DNA from: an uncultured Solirubrobacterales bacterium
GTDB taxonomy: Bacteria > Actinomycetota > Thermoleophilia > Solirubrobacterales > 70-9
Reading direction: 5' to 3'
Length of the DNA: 64,000 nucleotides
NCBI GenBank assembly: GCA_963839875.1
Contig: CAWIWP010000004.1
Coordinates: 86,664 to 150,663 of the forward strand
Shown here: piece after piece, positions 9,879 to 20,077 of the stretch
Layout of the letters: each line of letters opens with the position of its first letter
Numbering within the stretch: position 1 is the first letter of the stretch
The notes under the pieces: generated by a model
Databases searched by the model: none
What the model was told of the DNA's origin: nothing
Seen by the model: only the letters and a program-made list of their open reading frames with translations
Translations under genes and position numbers: made by a program

Positions 9879-10733
9879 TCAACATCGCGGCGGCGTTGGC
9901 GGCGATGTCCATGGTGGCTGGAGGTACCGGAAGCGCGGAAAGCGCGGCGCCCAGCGATCCTCCCTCGGCGTTCGAAGCCGCGACCCACCTCTCCGGCAAG
10001 ATCGGCTCCAGGCCCGCAGGCGGCGCCGGCGAGCGGCGCGCCCACGCGTACGCCGAGCGATGGTTCCGGGCGGCCGGCCTCGACGTCGGCGTCGAGGCGT
10101 TCGGGGTGCCCGGGCGCGGGCGCTCGCGCAACGTGGTCGCCGTCCACGACACCCCGGCCGACTGTCTGACGATCCTGATGGCGCACACCGACAGCGTGCC
10201 GCCGGGGACCGGCGCCAACGACAACGCCTCGGGCGTCGGCGTCCTGATCGGCCTCGCTCCCACGCATCGCGAAGCTCGATCCGGGCTGCGACGTCTGGCT
10301 CGTCGCCACCGGCGCCGAGGAGCGCGTCGTGATCGGCACCGGCTACCACGTCGGCGCGGCGGCGCTCGTCAAGACGGTCGAGTCACGCGGCCGCCGCGCG
10401 GACCTGCGCTTCGCCCTCTCGGTCGACATGGTCGGAAGGGGCAACCGCTTCTACCTGCGCTCGCCGCAGCCGGCGGCGCGCGATGCGGTCGAGGGCCAGG
10501 TGCTGGCCGCGTCCGGCCGCGCAGGCGTCACCACCCGGTGGGCACGCGACTCCGGCGACGGCAACTCCGACCACCGCGAGTTCGAGCTCGCGGGGCTGCC
10601 CGCCGCGGTGATCGAGGTCTGGCGCGGCGAGGACCCCTGCCATCACGAGGGCTGCGACAGGGCCGGGCGGCTGCAGCGCGGAGCGGTCTCCAGGGTCCAG
10701 CGGATCCTGGAGGAGCTGGTCGCGGCTAGCTGA
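9875..10733 (+). pseudogene. M28-family aminopeptidase, one frameshift; start uncertain (9875 CTG, 9896 TTG or 9905 ATG)
   Basis: LINIAAALAAMSMVAGGTGSAES...RNVVAVHDTPADCLTILMAHTDSVPPGTGANDNASGVGVLIGLAP. After a frame change near 10262-10265: IAKLDPGCDVWLVATGAEERVVIGTGYHVGAAALV...SVDMVGRGNRFYL...NSDHREFELAGLPAAVIE (ORF 10329..10733). Confidence 0.75.
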
Positions 10734-10745
10734 ATCGCCGGCGCC

Positions 10746-13619
10746 CTAGGCGCCGTGGCACTTCTTGTACTTCTTGCCCGATCCGCACCAGCAGGGGTCG
10801 TTGCGGCCGATCTTGTCCGTGCTCGTCCTTGACGACCGTCTCCTGCTCGGCCGTCGCGGGGGCGCCGTTTCCGCCCTGGGGCTGGGCGGTTCCCTCGAAG
10901 GTCTGCTCGGCGGCCGCGTCGGCTCCTGACGCCGGTGGCGACGGCAGCCTGGTTCAGCGCGGAGGGCTGGCCCTCGGACGTCCCGCCGGAGTACTCGACG
11001 TTGGGGCTCGCCGGCACCGCCGGGCCAGCGCCGGGGCGGGTACCGCGCCGGGCCTCGCCCGGTTCGACCTGGACGTCGGCGTGGAAGATCAGGCGGGCGA
11101 ACTCCTCCCAGATCGAGTGCATCAGCGCCTCGAACATCGTGAAGCCCTCGTTCTTGTAGGCGACCAGCGGGTCGATCTGGGCGAACCCGCGCAGGTGGAT
11201 GCCCTCGCGCAGGTAGTCCATCTCGTAGAGGTGCTCGCGCCAGCGGTTGTCGATGATCTGGAGCAGGATCGCCCGCTCGAGCTGGCGCATGATCTCGTCG
11301 CCGAAGTCGCTGCTCGCGGCTGTCGTAGGCGGCGAGGGCGTCGGCGACGAGCGTCTCGCGGAGGTCCTCGCGGTTGGTCGTCTCGGGCGCCAGGGTCGCC
11401 ACGTCGACCTCCGAGGGCCAGAGCTGGCGGACCTGGGTCTGCAGCTCGCCCGAGGTCCCAGTCCTCGAGCACGTCGCCCGGCGTGTACTCGTCGACCATG
11501 CGGCTGACGACCTCGACGAGCTCCTCGCGCGAGGTCGTCGGACATGTCCTTGCCCTCGAGCACCTCGCGCCGGTAGCGGTAGATGATCCGGCGCTGCTCG
11601 TTCATCACGTCGTCGTACTCGAGGACGCGCTTGCGGATCAGGAAGTTCTGCTGCTCGACCTTCTTCTGGGCACCCTCGATGGTCTTCGTGAGCATCTTCG
11701 CCTCGAGGGCCTCCTCGTTGCCCTCCTCGTCGATCGGGCCGAGGCGGTCGAGGATCTTGTAGATCCGCTCGCCGGCGAAGAGGCGGATCAGGTCGTCCTC
11801 GGCGGAGAGGAAGAAGCGGGACTCGCCGGGGTCGCCCTGGCGGCCCGAGCGGCCGCGGAGCTGGTTGTCGATCCGGCGCGACTCGTGGCGCTCGGTGCCG
11901 ATGATGTAGAGGCCGCCGGCCTCCTTGACCTCCTCGGCCTCGGCTGCGGTCTGCGTCGTCGAGCTCGGCCGTGCGTGCCGCGAGCTTCTCGTCGAAGCCG
12001 TCCATCCCGGGCTTGAGGCCCTGGTTGATGAACTCGTGCTTGGCCATGTGCTCGGGGCTTCCGCCGAGCTTGATGTCGACGCCGCGGCCGGCCATGTTGG
12101 TCGCGATCGTCACGGCGCCCTTGCGGCCGGCCTGCGAAATCGTCTCGCCCTCGCGCTCGGCGTACTCGGGCTTCGCGTTCAGCACGACGTGCTCGATGCC
12201 CCGCTTCTTGAACTCGCCGGAGAGCATCTCGGAGGTCTCGACGGAGATCGTCCCGATCAGGATCGGCTGGCCCTTCGAGTTGCGGTCCTCCACCTCGTTG
12301 ACGACCGCCTTCCACTTGCCGTCCTTGGTCTTGAAGATGGCGTCGTTCTCGTCGGCGCGGACCATGTCCCGGTGGGTCGGGATCTCGACGGTCGGGACCT
12401 TGTAGATCTTCATGAACTCCTGGGCCTCGGTCATCGCCGTGCCCGTCATCCCCGAGAGCTTGTCGTAGAGGCGGAAGTAGTTCTGGAGCGTGATCGTCGC
12501 GAGGGTCTGGTTCTCCTCGCGGATGGCGACCCCCTCCTTCGCCTCGATCGCCTGGTGCAGTCCCTCCGACCAGCGCCGGCCCTCGAGGATCCGCCCCGTG
12601 AACTCGTCGATGATCATCACCTGGCCTTCGACGACCTCGTACTCGACGCCGCGCTTGTAGAGCGACTCGGCCTTGAGCGACTGGATCAGGTGGTTGACGA
12701 GCGTCCCGTGCTCTGAGAGGTAGAGGTTCTCGACGCCGAGGAACTCCTCGGCCTTGCCGATGCCGCGCTCGGTCGGGGCGACGGTCTTGTGCTTCTCGTC
12801 GTACTCGAAGTCGTACTCGGCCTCCGAGGTGTCCTTCGACTCCCCGAGGCTCTTCAGCTTGGTCTTCGCCGCCTCGCCGTCGAGGGTCTTCGCCAGGCGG
12901 GCGAACGTGTAGTAGAGGTCGGCGGCCTGCTCGGGCTTGCCCGAGATGATCAGCGGCGTGCGCGCCTCGTCGATGAGGATGTTGTCCACCTCGTCGACGA
13001 TCGCGAAGTGGTGGCCGCGCTGGACGCACTCCTCGAGCGAGCCGGCCATGTTGTCGCGCAGGTAGTCGAACCCGAACTCGGAGTTGGTGCCGTAGGTCAC
13101 GTCGCAGGCGTACTTCTCGCGGCGCGTCGGGGGGTCGTCGCCCTCCTGGATCGCCGAGACCGTGACGCCGAGGGCGTCGTAGATCGGCTGCATCCATTCG
13201 GCGTCGCGGCGGGCGAGGTAGTCGTTGACGGTGACGAGGTGGACGCTGTCCCCGGCAAGGGTGTTGAGGAAGACCGCCGCGGTCGCGGTCAGCGTCTTGC
13301 CCTCACCGGTCTTCATCTCGGCGATCGACCCGGCATGGAGGATCATCCCGCCGATCATCTGGACGTCGTAGTGGCGCTGGCCCAGCGTCCGCCGCGCGGC
13401 CTCGCGGGTGAGAGCGAAGGCCTCGGGGATCAGGTCGTCGAGCTTCTCGCCGCCCTTCGCCCGCTCGCGGAGCGCGTCCGCCTCGGCGCGCAGCTCGGCG
13501 TCGTCCAGGAGCTCCATCTCCGGCTCGACGGCGCTGATCGCCTCGACCCGTGACTCGTGCTCCTTGAATTGCTTCGCCTCGCCCATCCGAAGGGCGCGAT
13601 CCAGAAGGCCTCTAGCCAT
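10746..13619 (-). pseudogene. secA: Preprotein translocase ATPase SecA; N-terminal ~560 codons intact, C-terminal third has at least 6 frame changes
   Basis: N-terminus [20 protein letters not shown]...[18 protein letters not shown]...[11 protein letters not shown]. True C-terminal pieces lie in three frames: [49 protein letters not shown]...[18 protein letters not shown]; [17 protein letters not shown]; [16 protein letters not shown]...; [56 protein letters not shown]...; [14 protein letters not shown]...; [23 protein letters not shown]. Shifts near 11945, 11528, 11451, 11310, 10930 and 10808. Confidence 0.95.
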
Positions 13620-13651
13620 AGATCCTCAGGCTACTAGGCGCCCTTCGGGCC

Positions 13652-14005
13652 CTAGGCGGTGGATGTGCCGCGCCGCATGCGCTCTGCCATGACCCGGGTC
13701 CGGTGGCGCTTGCGGCGCATCTCGCGGTGCTTCTTCACCTGGCGGCGGATGTCCTCGGCGGTCTCGTGGATCGCGTGGAGCATCTCCGGATAGGCCTCCT
13801 TCGCCCGCAGGGTCTTGCCCTTCACCCTCAGGGTGGCCTCGGCCACCATCTTGTCGGTGATCCGCGGGTTGCGCTCCTCGCGGAGCTCGACCTCGAGCGT
13901 CGCCAGGTCCGACACCTGCTTCCCCACCCTCTTGAACCGGCTGGTGACCGCTTCCCTGAGCTCGTCTGTGACCTCGACGTTCACTCCCCGGATATCGATC
14001 CTCAC
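13652..14005 (-). CDS. hpf: Ribosome hibernation promoting factor, short form (117 aa)
   Basis: VRIDIRGVNVEVTDELREAVTSRFKRVGKQVSDLATLEVELREERNPR...ATLRVKGKTLRAKEAYPEMLHAIHETAEDIRRQVKKHREM. GTG at 14003-14005 with AAGGAGG 6 nt upstream. The longer listed ORF start is upstream junk. Confidence 0.85.
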   Translation of the reverse strand: MRIDIRGVNVEVTDELREAVTSRFKRVGKQVSDLATLEVELREERNPRITDKMVAEATLRVKGKTLRAKEAYPEMLHAIHETAEDIRRQVKKHREMRRKRHRTRVMAERMRRGTSTA

Positions 14006-14063
14006 GGGTGTCCTCCTTTGGCTGGGTAGGGAAAGAAATCGTACGCCCGCGGTCAAGGGCGGG

Positions 14064-14729
14064 CTAAAGGCGGCGGGCTGCATTCGGCCGGCCCGGACGC
14101 GACCGCGCGAAGACCAGGGCCCAGACCTCCTCGGCGCCCGCGGTCCGGAGCGCGCGTGCGCACGCAGACAGGGTCGCTCCGGTCGTGTGGACGTCATCCA
14201 CCAGGAGCGCGCGCCTCGGCGCCAGATCCCCTCGAAACGCGATCCGCGGGGGATCGGCGAGCCTCTCGCGCCGCGGGCGGCCCACCTGCCGCGGCCCGGG
14301 TCCCCGCCTCAGGCACGTGTGGACGTAGGGCGTGCCCGAGATCCTCGCCAGGGCGAGCGCAATCTCCTCGGCCGGGTCGAAGCCGCGCCAGCGCCCGCGC
14401 CACGGCGCCGGAGGCACCGGCACCAGCGCACCGGCGAGCCCTTCCTCCGGGCACGCCGCTGCGATCCGCTCCGCGGCGAGGGTCGCCAGGGAGATACGGC
14501 GCCCGTACTTGAGCCCGTGGGCGACCAGCCGGGCAGCGCCCTCGTATGGAGCCGCCCCGACCGCGAGGTCGACGCCGGGCGGACCCGGCCCCACCATCGG
14601 CCGGGCGCGCCCGATCTCGGCGTCGCACGCCGCGCAAAGGGGAGCCGCCGCGTCGCAGTCCTCGCCGCACGCGGCGCAGCGCGGCGGCGCCGCGGCGGCG
14701 AGCAACGCGGTGAGCGGGTTCGGGCGCAC
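14064..14729 (-). CDS. comF: ComF-family protein (phosphoribosyltransferase domain)
   Basis: 221-aa ORF. N-terminal Cys pairs CAACGEDC...CAAC. C-terminal PRTase motif RRALLVDDVHTTGATLSACA. Lies in the classic comF-hpf-secA neighbourhood. Confidence 0.8.
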   Translation of the reverse strand: MRPNPLTALLAAAAPPRCAACGEDCDAAAPLCAACDAEIGRARPMVGPGPPGVDLAVGAAPYEGAARLVAHGLKYGRRISLATLAAERIAAACPEEGLAGALVPVPPAPWRGRWRGFDPAEEIALALARISGTPYVHTCLRRGPGPRQVGRPRRERLADPPRIAFRGDLAPRRALLVDDVHTTGATLSACARALRTAGAEEVWALVFARSRPGRPNAARRL

Positions 14730-14776
14730 GGCTCGAGCCTCGGGGCACGCGGGTGACGGGTGGCGCGCGGGTTGTG

Positions 14777-16177
14777 TCAGCCGCGCGGCAGGAGCACCGT
14801 GAAGGTCGAACCCTCGCCGGGCTCGCTCTCGATGCTGATCTCGCCGCCGTGCGCGGCGACGATCGCATCGACGATCGAGAGGCCCAGGCCGACCCCGCCG
14901 ATCTGCTCCCGGCGCGCCACGTCGGCCCGATAGAAGCGGTCGAAGAGGCGCTCCCGCTCGGCAGGGTCGATCCCGATGCCGGTGTCGGCGACCGCGACGG
15001 TGGAGGCGCCATTCCGGGAGCCGACCGAGACCTCGACGCTGCCCTCCGCGGGCGTGAACTTGAGCGCGTTGGAGATCAGGTTGTCGACGACCTGCCCGAG
15101 CCTGCGGCGATCGCCGTCGATCTCCCCGTCGGGACCGCCCTCGACCAGCGACAGATCCACACCCGACTGCTCCGCGTGGGGCCGCGCCGCCTCCACGCTC
15201 TCGCGGACGACGGCGGCCAGGTCCACCCGCCCGAGGTCGACAGCGAACGTGCCGGCCTCGACCTGCGCCACCAGCAGCAGGTCGCCGATCCGGCGGTTGA
15301 GCTCGGCTCCGCTCCGCCCGATCAGCTCCAGGTAGCGCTGGCCCGGCTCGCTCAGCCGCTCCCCCTCGGACTCGGCGATCAGCTCCTGGAAGCCGAGGAC
15401 CGCCGTCAGCGGAGTCTTCAGCTCATGCGAGACCAGCGCGAAGAACTCGGACTTGAGCCGGTCCGCCTCCGCCGCCGCCTCGAGCCGCTCGCTGATGTCG
15501 TGCATGAACGCGTGGTAGCTCGTCTCCCCCCGCTCGTCCTCGAGCGAGGAGATCGTGATCTCGACCGGGAACCGCTCGCCGTCGGCGCGGAGGGCCGTCA
15601 GCTCGAGTCGCTGGCCCAACACGCGGGTCGGCCCTCCGGACTGCACGCGCCGCAGCCCCTCCCAGTGCGCCTCGCGATGCTCGGTGGGCACGATCACGTC
15701 GGCCACGGCCCGGCCGATCGCCTGGTTCGCCGGAAGGCCGAACGTCCGCTCGGCCTCCTTGTTCCAGGAGGTGATCACCCCATCGCCGTCCATCGCGACG
15801 TAGGCCTCGTGAGAGGTCTCGACCGCGCGGCGGAAGCGCTCTGCGCTTCGGCCCTCCGCCCTCCGCGCGCGCTCGGCATAGCCCCCGACCAGCAGCGCTG
15901 CCGCCACGAAGAGGATCCCCCGCACGACGTCGGCCGCGGTAGTCGTCTCCTGGTCCAGTCCCAGCGTCAGCACGAAGTAGGCGAAGAATGCGGCCGCGGC
16001 GGCCAGCAGGCCCCAGTTGATCCCCCACCGGACCGCGACCATCGCGATCGGGATCGCGTAGAGCGCCGAAACCGACGCGGCCGGGTCGTCCACCGCGATC
16101 CGCGTAGCCGTGACCGCCGCGAATAGCGCGACGACCAGCAATACCGCCCAGCGATTCCCTGTCTCGTTCCCGTCCAC
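14777..16177 (-). CDS. Membrane-bound PAS-domain sensor histidine kinase (no adjacent regulator)
   Basis: 466-aa intact ORF. N-terminal TM helices. PAS region EAYVAMDGDGVITSWNKEAERTFG. H-box FFALVSHELKTPLTAV. N-box DNLISNALKFT. G-boxes ADTGIGI and GGVGLGLSIV. Confidence 0.9.
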   Translation of the reverse strand: MDGNETGNRWAVLLVVALFAAVTATRIAVDDPAASVSALYAIPIAMVAVRWGINWGLLAAAAAFFAYFVLTLGLDQETTTAADVVRGILFVAAALLVGGYAERARRAEGRSAERFRRAVETSHEAYVAMDGDGVITSWNKEAERTFGLPANQAIGRAVADVIVPTEHREAHWEGLRRVQSGGPTRVLGQRLELTALRADGERFPVEITISSLEDERGETSYHAFMHDISERLEAAAEADRLKSEFFALVSHELKTPLTAVLGFQELIAESEGERLSEPGQRYLELIGRSGAELNRRIGDLLLVAQVEAGTFAVDLGRVDLAAVVRESVEAARPHAEQSGVDLSLVEGGPDGEIDGDRRRLGQVVDNLISNALKFTPAEGSVEVSVGSRNGASTVAVADTGIGIDPAERERLFDRFYRADVARREQIGGVGLGLSIVDAIVAAHGGEISIESEPGEGSTFTVLLPRG

Positions 16178-16204
16178 GGCGAGGGCTCGGCGACGGATTA
16201 TGGC

Positions 16205-17242
16205 TCAGCTGAGCCTGCGGTCCTGCGCGACCCCGTACACGCCGCCCACGACCATCGCCCCGGGTGGCAGCTCGGCGCCTCCCAGGATCACCGCGTCGCG
16301 GGCCTTCGCGCCCTCGCCGATCCGGCATCCGTCGCCTACGACGACCGGCCCGTGCAGCTCGGCGCCGGCGTGGACCTCGCATCCGGAGCCGATCAGGACC
16401 GGCGGGCGAACCTTGACGCCGTCGAGGTCCGAGCCCTCGTCGGCGTAGATCCCCTCTGCCACCCGGTCGTGGCCCTCGATGCGGAGGCGGCCCTCGAGCG
16501 CATCGGTGTTGCCCTGCAGGTATTCCGAGATCGACCCGATGTCGTTCCAGTAGGCGTCTTCAGCCATCTCGTGGGAGTGGAACGGCACGTCCCCCTCGAG
16601 CAGGGCCGGGAACACGTCCATCGCCCAGTCCACGAAGCCCGCGGGCTGGTCGTCGTCACCGGCCGGGCTCTTGTGGTCCGGCGGGGGGAAGTAGTCGAAG
16701 ATCTCGCGGCGGAACATGTAGATGCCGCAGTTGGCCAGGTCCGAGAGCGCCTCGGCCGGGTCCGGCTTCTCCTGGAAGCCCTGGACGCGCCCGTCGTCAC
16801 CGGTGATCACGACGCCGAACTCGCTCGTGTCCTCGACCCTCTTGGTGGCGAGGGTCGCGATCCCGTCGTGGGCGAGGTGCGCGTCGCGCATCGCGCCGAG
16901 GTCGATGTCGGTGAGGGCGTCGCCGGAGATCACGAGGAACGACTCCTCGGCGCCCAGGAACTCACGGACCTTTCCCACCCCGCCGGCGGTGCCCAATGGC
17001 TCGGGCTCGTCGCTGTAGGCCAGTTCGATCCCGAGCTCCGACCCGTCGCCGAAGTGCTCGCGGATGCGGTCGGGCATGTAGGAGACGTTGGTCACCACCT
17101 GCGTGAAGCCCGCCCCGCGCAGCAGCACGGCGATGTGCTCCATCACCGGCGTGTTCAGCACCGGCGCCATCGGCTTCGGCATCAGGTAGGTGAGCGGCCG
17201 CAGCCGCGTCCCGAGCCCCGCCGCGAGGATCATGGCCCTCAT
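16205..17242 (-). CDS. Sugar-1-phosphate nucleotidyltransferase (mannose-1-P guanylyl / glucose-1-P type) with C-terminal left-handed beta-helix
   Basis: MRAMILAAGLGTRLRPLTYLMPKPMAPV...EPEPLGTAGGV...VISGDALTDIDL...GFQEKP. Start ATG 17242 chosen at the conserved GxGTRL motif; the listed ORF extends upstream through R-rich junk. Confidence 0.85.
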   Translation of the reverse strand: MRAMILAAGLGTRLRPLTYLMPKPMAPVLNTPVMEHIAVLLRGAGFTQVVTNVSYMPDRIREHFGDGSELGIELAYSDEPEPLGTAGGVGKVREFLGAEESFLVISGDALTDIDLGAMRDAHLAHDGIATLATKRVEDTSEFGVVITGDDGRVQGFQEKPDPAEALSDLANCGIYMFRREIFDYFPPPDHKSPAGDDDQPAGFVDWAMDVFPALLEGDVPFHSHEMAEDAYWNDIGSISEYLQGNTDALEGRLRIEGHDRVAEGIYADEGSDLDGVKVRPPVLIGSGCEVHAGAELHGPVVVGDGCRIGEGAKARDAVILGGAELPPGAMVVGGVYGVAQDRRLS

Positions 17243-17268
17243 GCGGCGGAGCTTAGGGACGGTGGGCC

Positions 17269-19213
17269 CTAGGCGAAGCGCGGCGAGGCCGGCTGGGACG
17301 CGGGTGTCCGCGCCTCCCTGGCCTCGACGGGCGCAGCTGACGATGGTCCTTGGGCGCGTCCGACGCGTCCGACTCCCCAACCGATTGCGGTCAGGAAGAT
17401 CAGATAGAAGAGCCCGATCAGGCCGGTCGCCCCGGCCCAGAGCCAGCCGGCCACGTCCGTCTTGGACTCGCGCTGGAGGACCTCCTTGTCGGTCACGACC
17501 TCGCGAGTGAGAGGGGCGCCCCCGACGGGGGGAGCCGAGATCTCCGGGGCCGGGATAGCCGGGTCCTCGGGCAGCCAGACCGGCACGGACGCGAGCTGGC
17601 GGTCCGTCTGGACGCGCAGCATCGACTTCCAGTCACCGGCCAGCGGGACAGGGCTCTCGCTCTGCCAGGTGCCGTCGCCGGCCTGTTCCATCTTGACCAC
17701 CTCGAGGCCGCCGCCCTGCCACGACGTGATCGTGGCCCAGGAGGCCTCCTCGGCGTAGCCCTCGGGCTCGAAGCGGGCCGAGACGACGCCCTCGCGGTCG
17801 TCGCCGGAGCCGGTTTCGCTGAGCACGGAGACCGACGCGGTTGTGTCCGTGGGCTTCTCGGTGATCAGGCCGTTGGCGATGACGGCGATGATCGCCAGCA
17901 TCGAGACGCCGTAGGCGGTGCGGGCGACGCGGCGAGTCGGGAGCTCGGCGCGGAGCCCCGAGGCGAGCAGTCCGCCAAGGACCCCGCCGGCGATCCCGGC
18001 GACCAGGGCCATCGCCAAGCCCTCGGGCATCACGTCCGAGGTCCACGGGATCGGCATGTAGAGGTCGGAGAGCGCCCACTGGGCGGCAAAGCCGATCGTG
18101 GCGCAGGCGGCTCCAGCCGCGGCGCCGAACGCCAGCAGGCGGCCGGGCGTCGTGCGCCCTCGCTCGATCGAAGCCGCGAAGAGGAGGCCGAGGACCTCGA
18201 TCGTCGCGGCCTCGGCGAAGTAGAGCGGCACCATCGGCGTGGTCTGGCCCATGATCGGGCCGGTCCAGATGCTCACGGCGCCGCGGATGACCAGGAAGAA
18301 TGTCGCCGCGAGCAAGGCGCCGCCCTTGCCGATCCAGAGGCGGGCTACGGTCAGGGCGAACCCCGAGGCGAGAGCCAGCATCGCCGGCTCGAAGACCATG
18401 CGGAACTGGGGAACGCCGAAGTCGAACTCGGCCTGGTAGATCGACACACCGATCAGCAGGCCGCCGCAGATGCCGACGCGGCGGGCCTTGACGAGGAACC
18501 TCTCCGAGTTGCGGCCCGGGTAGCGCTCGATGCCGACTTGGTTCCCGCTGGGCGCGTTGTCGCGGGTCCACATCCCTTCGATGACGAGAATCGCCTGGCC
18601 GACGAGGGTCATGGCGGCGCCGCCGAGGAGCATCAGGTGGGTCGGCCCCCAGAGCGTCACGTCCTGGCCGAAGACTCGGTGCCAGACGTCGTCGAGGGGG
18701 AAGCCCGCGAGTGAGAAGCCGCCGCAGAGGAACATCAGGACGCCGCCGACGGGGGCGTACCAGTCCCCGCTGAGCTTGATCGGCGCCGGACCGGGCTTCG
18801 TGCCGGGCTTCGGCAGGCAGATCGCGAGCCAGCCCGCGGCGAAGATCCCCATCAGGCCGAGCAGGATCGGATAGTGGGCGATGTTCGCGAGCGGTCCCGC
18901 GTCACGGCCGTTGTCGATGTGGATCGAGATGTCCCAGTACATGCCGGTGAGCGCGACGATGAGGGAGACGGTCGCGACCGCGAGCGGGAAGCGACGTCCA
19001 CCCGGGAAGGCCGGTGGCGCGTTCGGCCGCGTCGGCGGCGCGCGCGAGGACGGTCCCCTTCCCCGAGCGGTGGCGGATGACCGCGAGGGCGAGGAAACCG
19101 AAGAGGCCGCTGATCAGGGCGGTGGCGAGGATCACCTGGGCGATCTCGGCACCGCCGGCGGACGGGGTCTCTGCTGCTGTGAGGAACTGCTGAGTTGGAA
19201 AGTTTGTTTGCAT
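17269..19213 (-). pseudogene. Large polytopic membrane protein of unknown function, one frameshift near 18990
   Basis: N-terminal piece MQTNFPTQQFLTAAETPSAGGAEIAQVILATALISGLFGFLALAVI...ERATGLPGW (ORF 18902..19213) joins FPLAVATVSLIVALTGMYWDISIHIDNGRDAGPLANIAHYPILLGL... (ORF 17269..18942) after a 1-nt shift. Confidence 0.6.
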
Positions 19214-19264
19214 AGTTCAACGTTACACCATTTGATGTCGCATAGGTACGCGTAGGATTGTGAC

Positions 19265-20077
19265 GTGGCTCCCAGAGCGCGCAAGCCGAGTAGGTCGAAG
19301 TCCAAGAAGTCCCGGTCGAAGTCGAAGGGCGGCGGGCGCGACGAGCTGACGATCGACCGCCTCGCCCGCAAGACGGGCATGACGGCGCGCAACATCCGCG
19401 CGCACCAGTCGCGGGGCCTCCTCCCCCCTCCCGACGTCAAGGGCCGCGTCGGCTACTACGGGCCCGAGCACGTCGCCCGGCTGGAGCTGATCAAGGAGAT
19501 GCAGGCCGACGGGTTCAACCTCGGCGCAATCACGAACCTGCTCGACGGGTCGGGCAGCGGCGAGGAGATGCTGCGCTTCCGGCGAGCGCTGCGCGAGCCG
19601 TTCGCCGACGAGCGCCCCCGCGTCGTCACCCTCGAGGAGCTCGCGACCCCCTTCGGCGACATGGACCCCGACCAGCAGCGGGCGATGCTGCAGAACGCGC
19701 TCGAGATCGGGTTCCTCCACCCACTCGGCGACGATCGCTTCGAGGAGCTGAGCCCCAGGCTCGCCTCGGTGCGCCAGGAGCTGTTCGAACTGGGCATCGA
19801 CCCGGAGTCCGCGATCGAAGTCGGAGCGCTGATCCGCAAGCACTCCGATGCGATCGCGAAGGCGTTCGCGAACCTCTTCCTGAAGGAGATCTGGGAGCCA
19901 TTCGACAAGGCCGGGCGCCCGCCCAAGGAGTGGCCGGTCGTCCGCGAGAAGCTCGAGCGGATCCGCCCCCTCGCGAGCGAGGCCGTTCGCGCCATCTTCG
20001 GGCTCGCCATGGGCGACGCGGTCGAGAAGGCCATGGGGCGCGAGTTGGAGCGGATGCAGGAAGATGGCGAGCCGTGA
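19265..20077 (+). CDS. MerR-family transcriptional regulator with basic K/S-rich N-terminal tail
   Basis: 270-aa ORF. LTIDRLARKTGMTARNIRAHQSRGLLPPPDVKGRVGYYGPEHVARLELIKEMQADGFNL is a MerR HTH plus wing. Confidence 0.8.
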   Translation: MAPRARKPSRSKSKKSRSKSKGGGRDELTIDRLARKTGMTARNIRAHQSRGLLPPPDVKGRVGYYGPEHVARLELIKEMQADGFNLGAITNLLDGSGSGEEMLRFRRALREPFADERPRVVTLEELATPFGDMDPDQQRAMLQNALEIGFLHPLGDDRFEELSPRLASVRQELFELGIDPESAIEVGALIRKHSDAIAKAFANLFLKEIWEPFDKAGRPPKEWPVVREKLERIRPLASEAVRAIFGLAMGDAVEKAMGRELERMQEDGEP

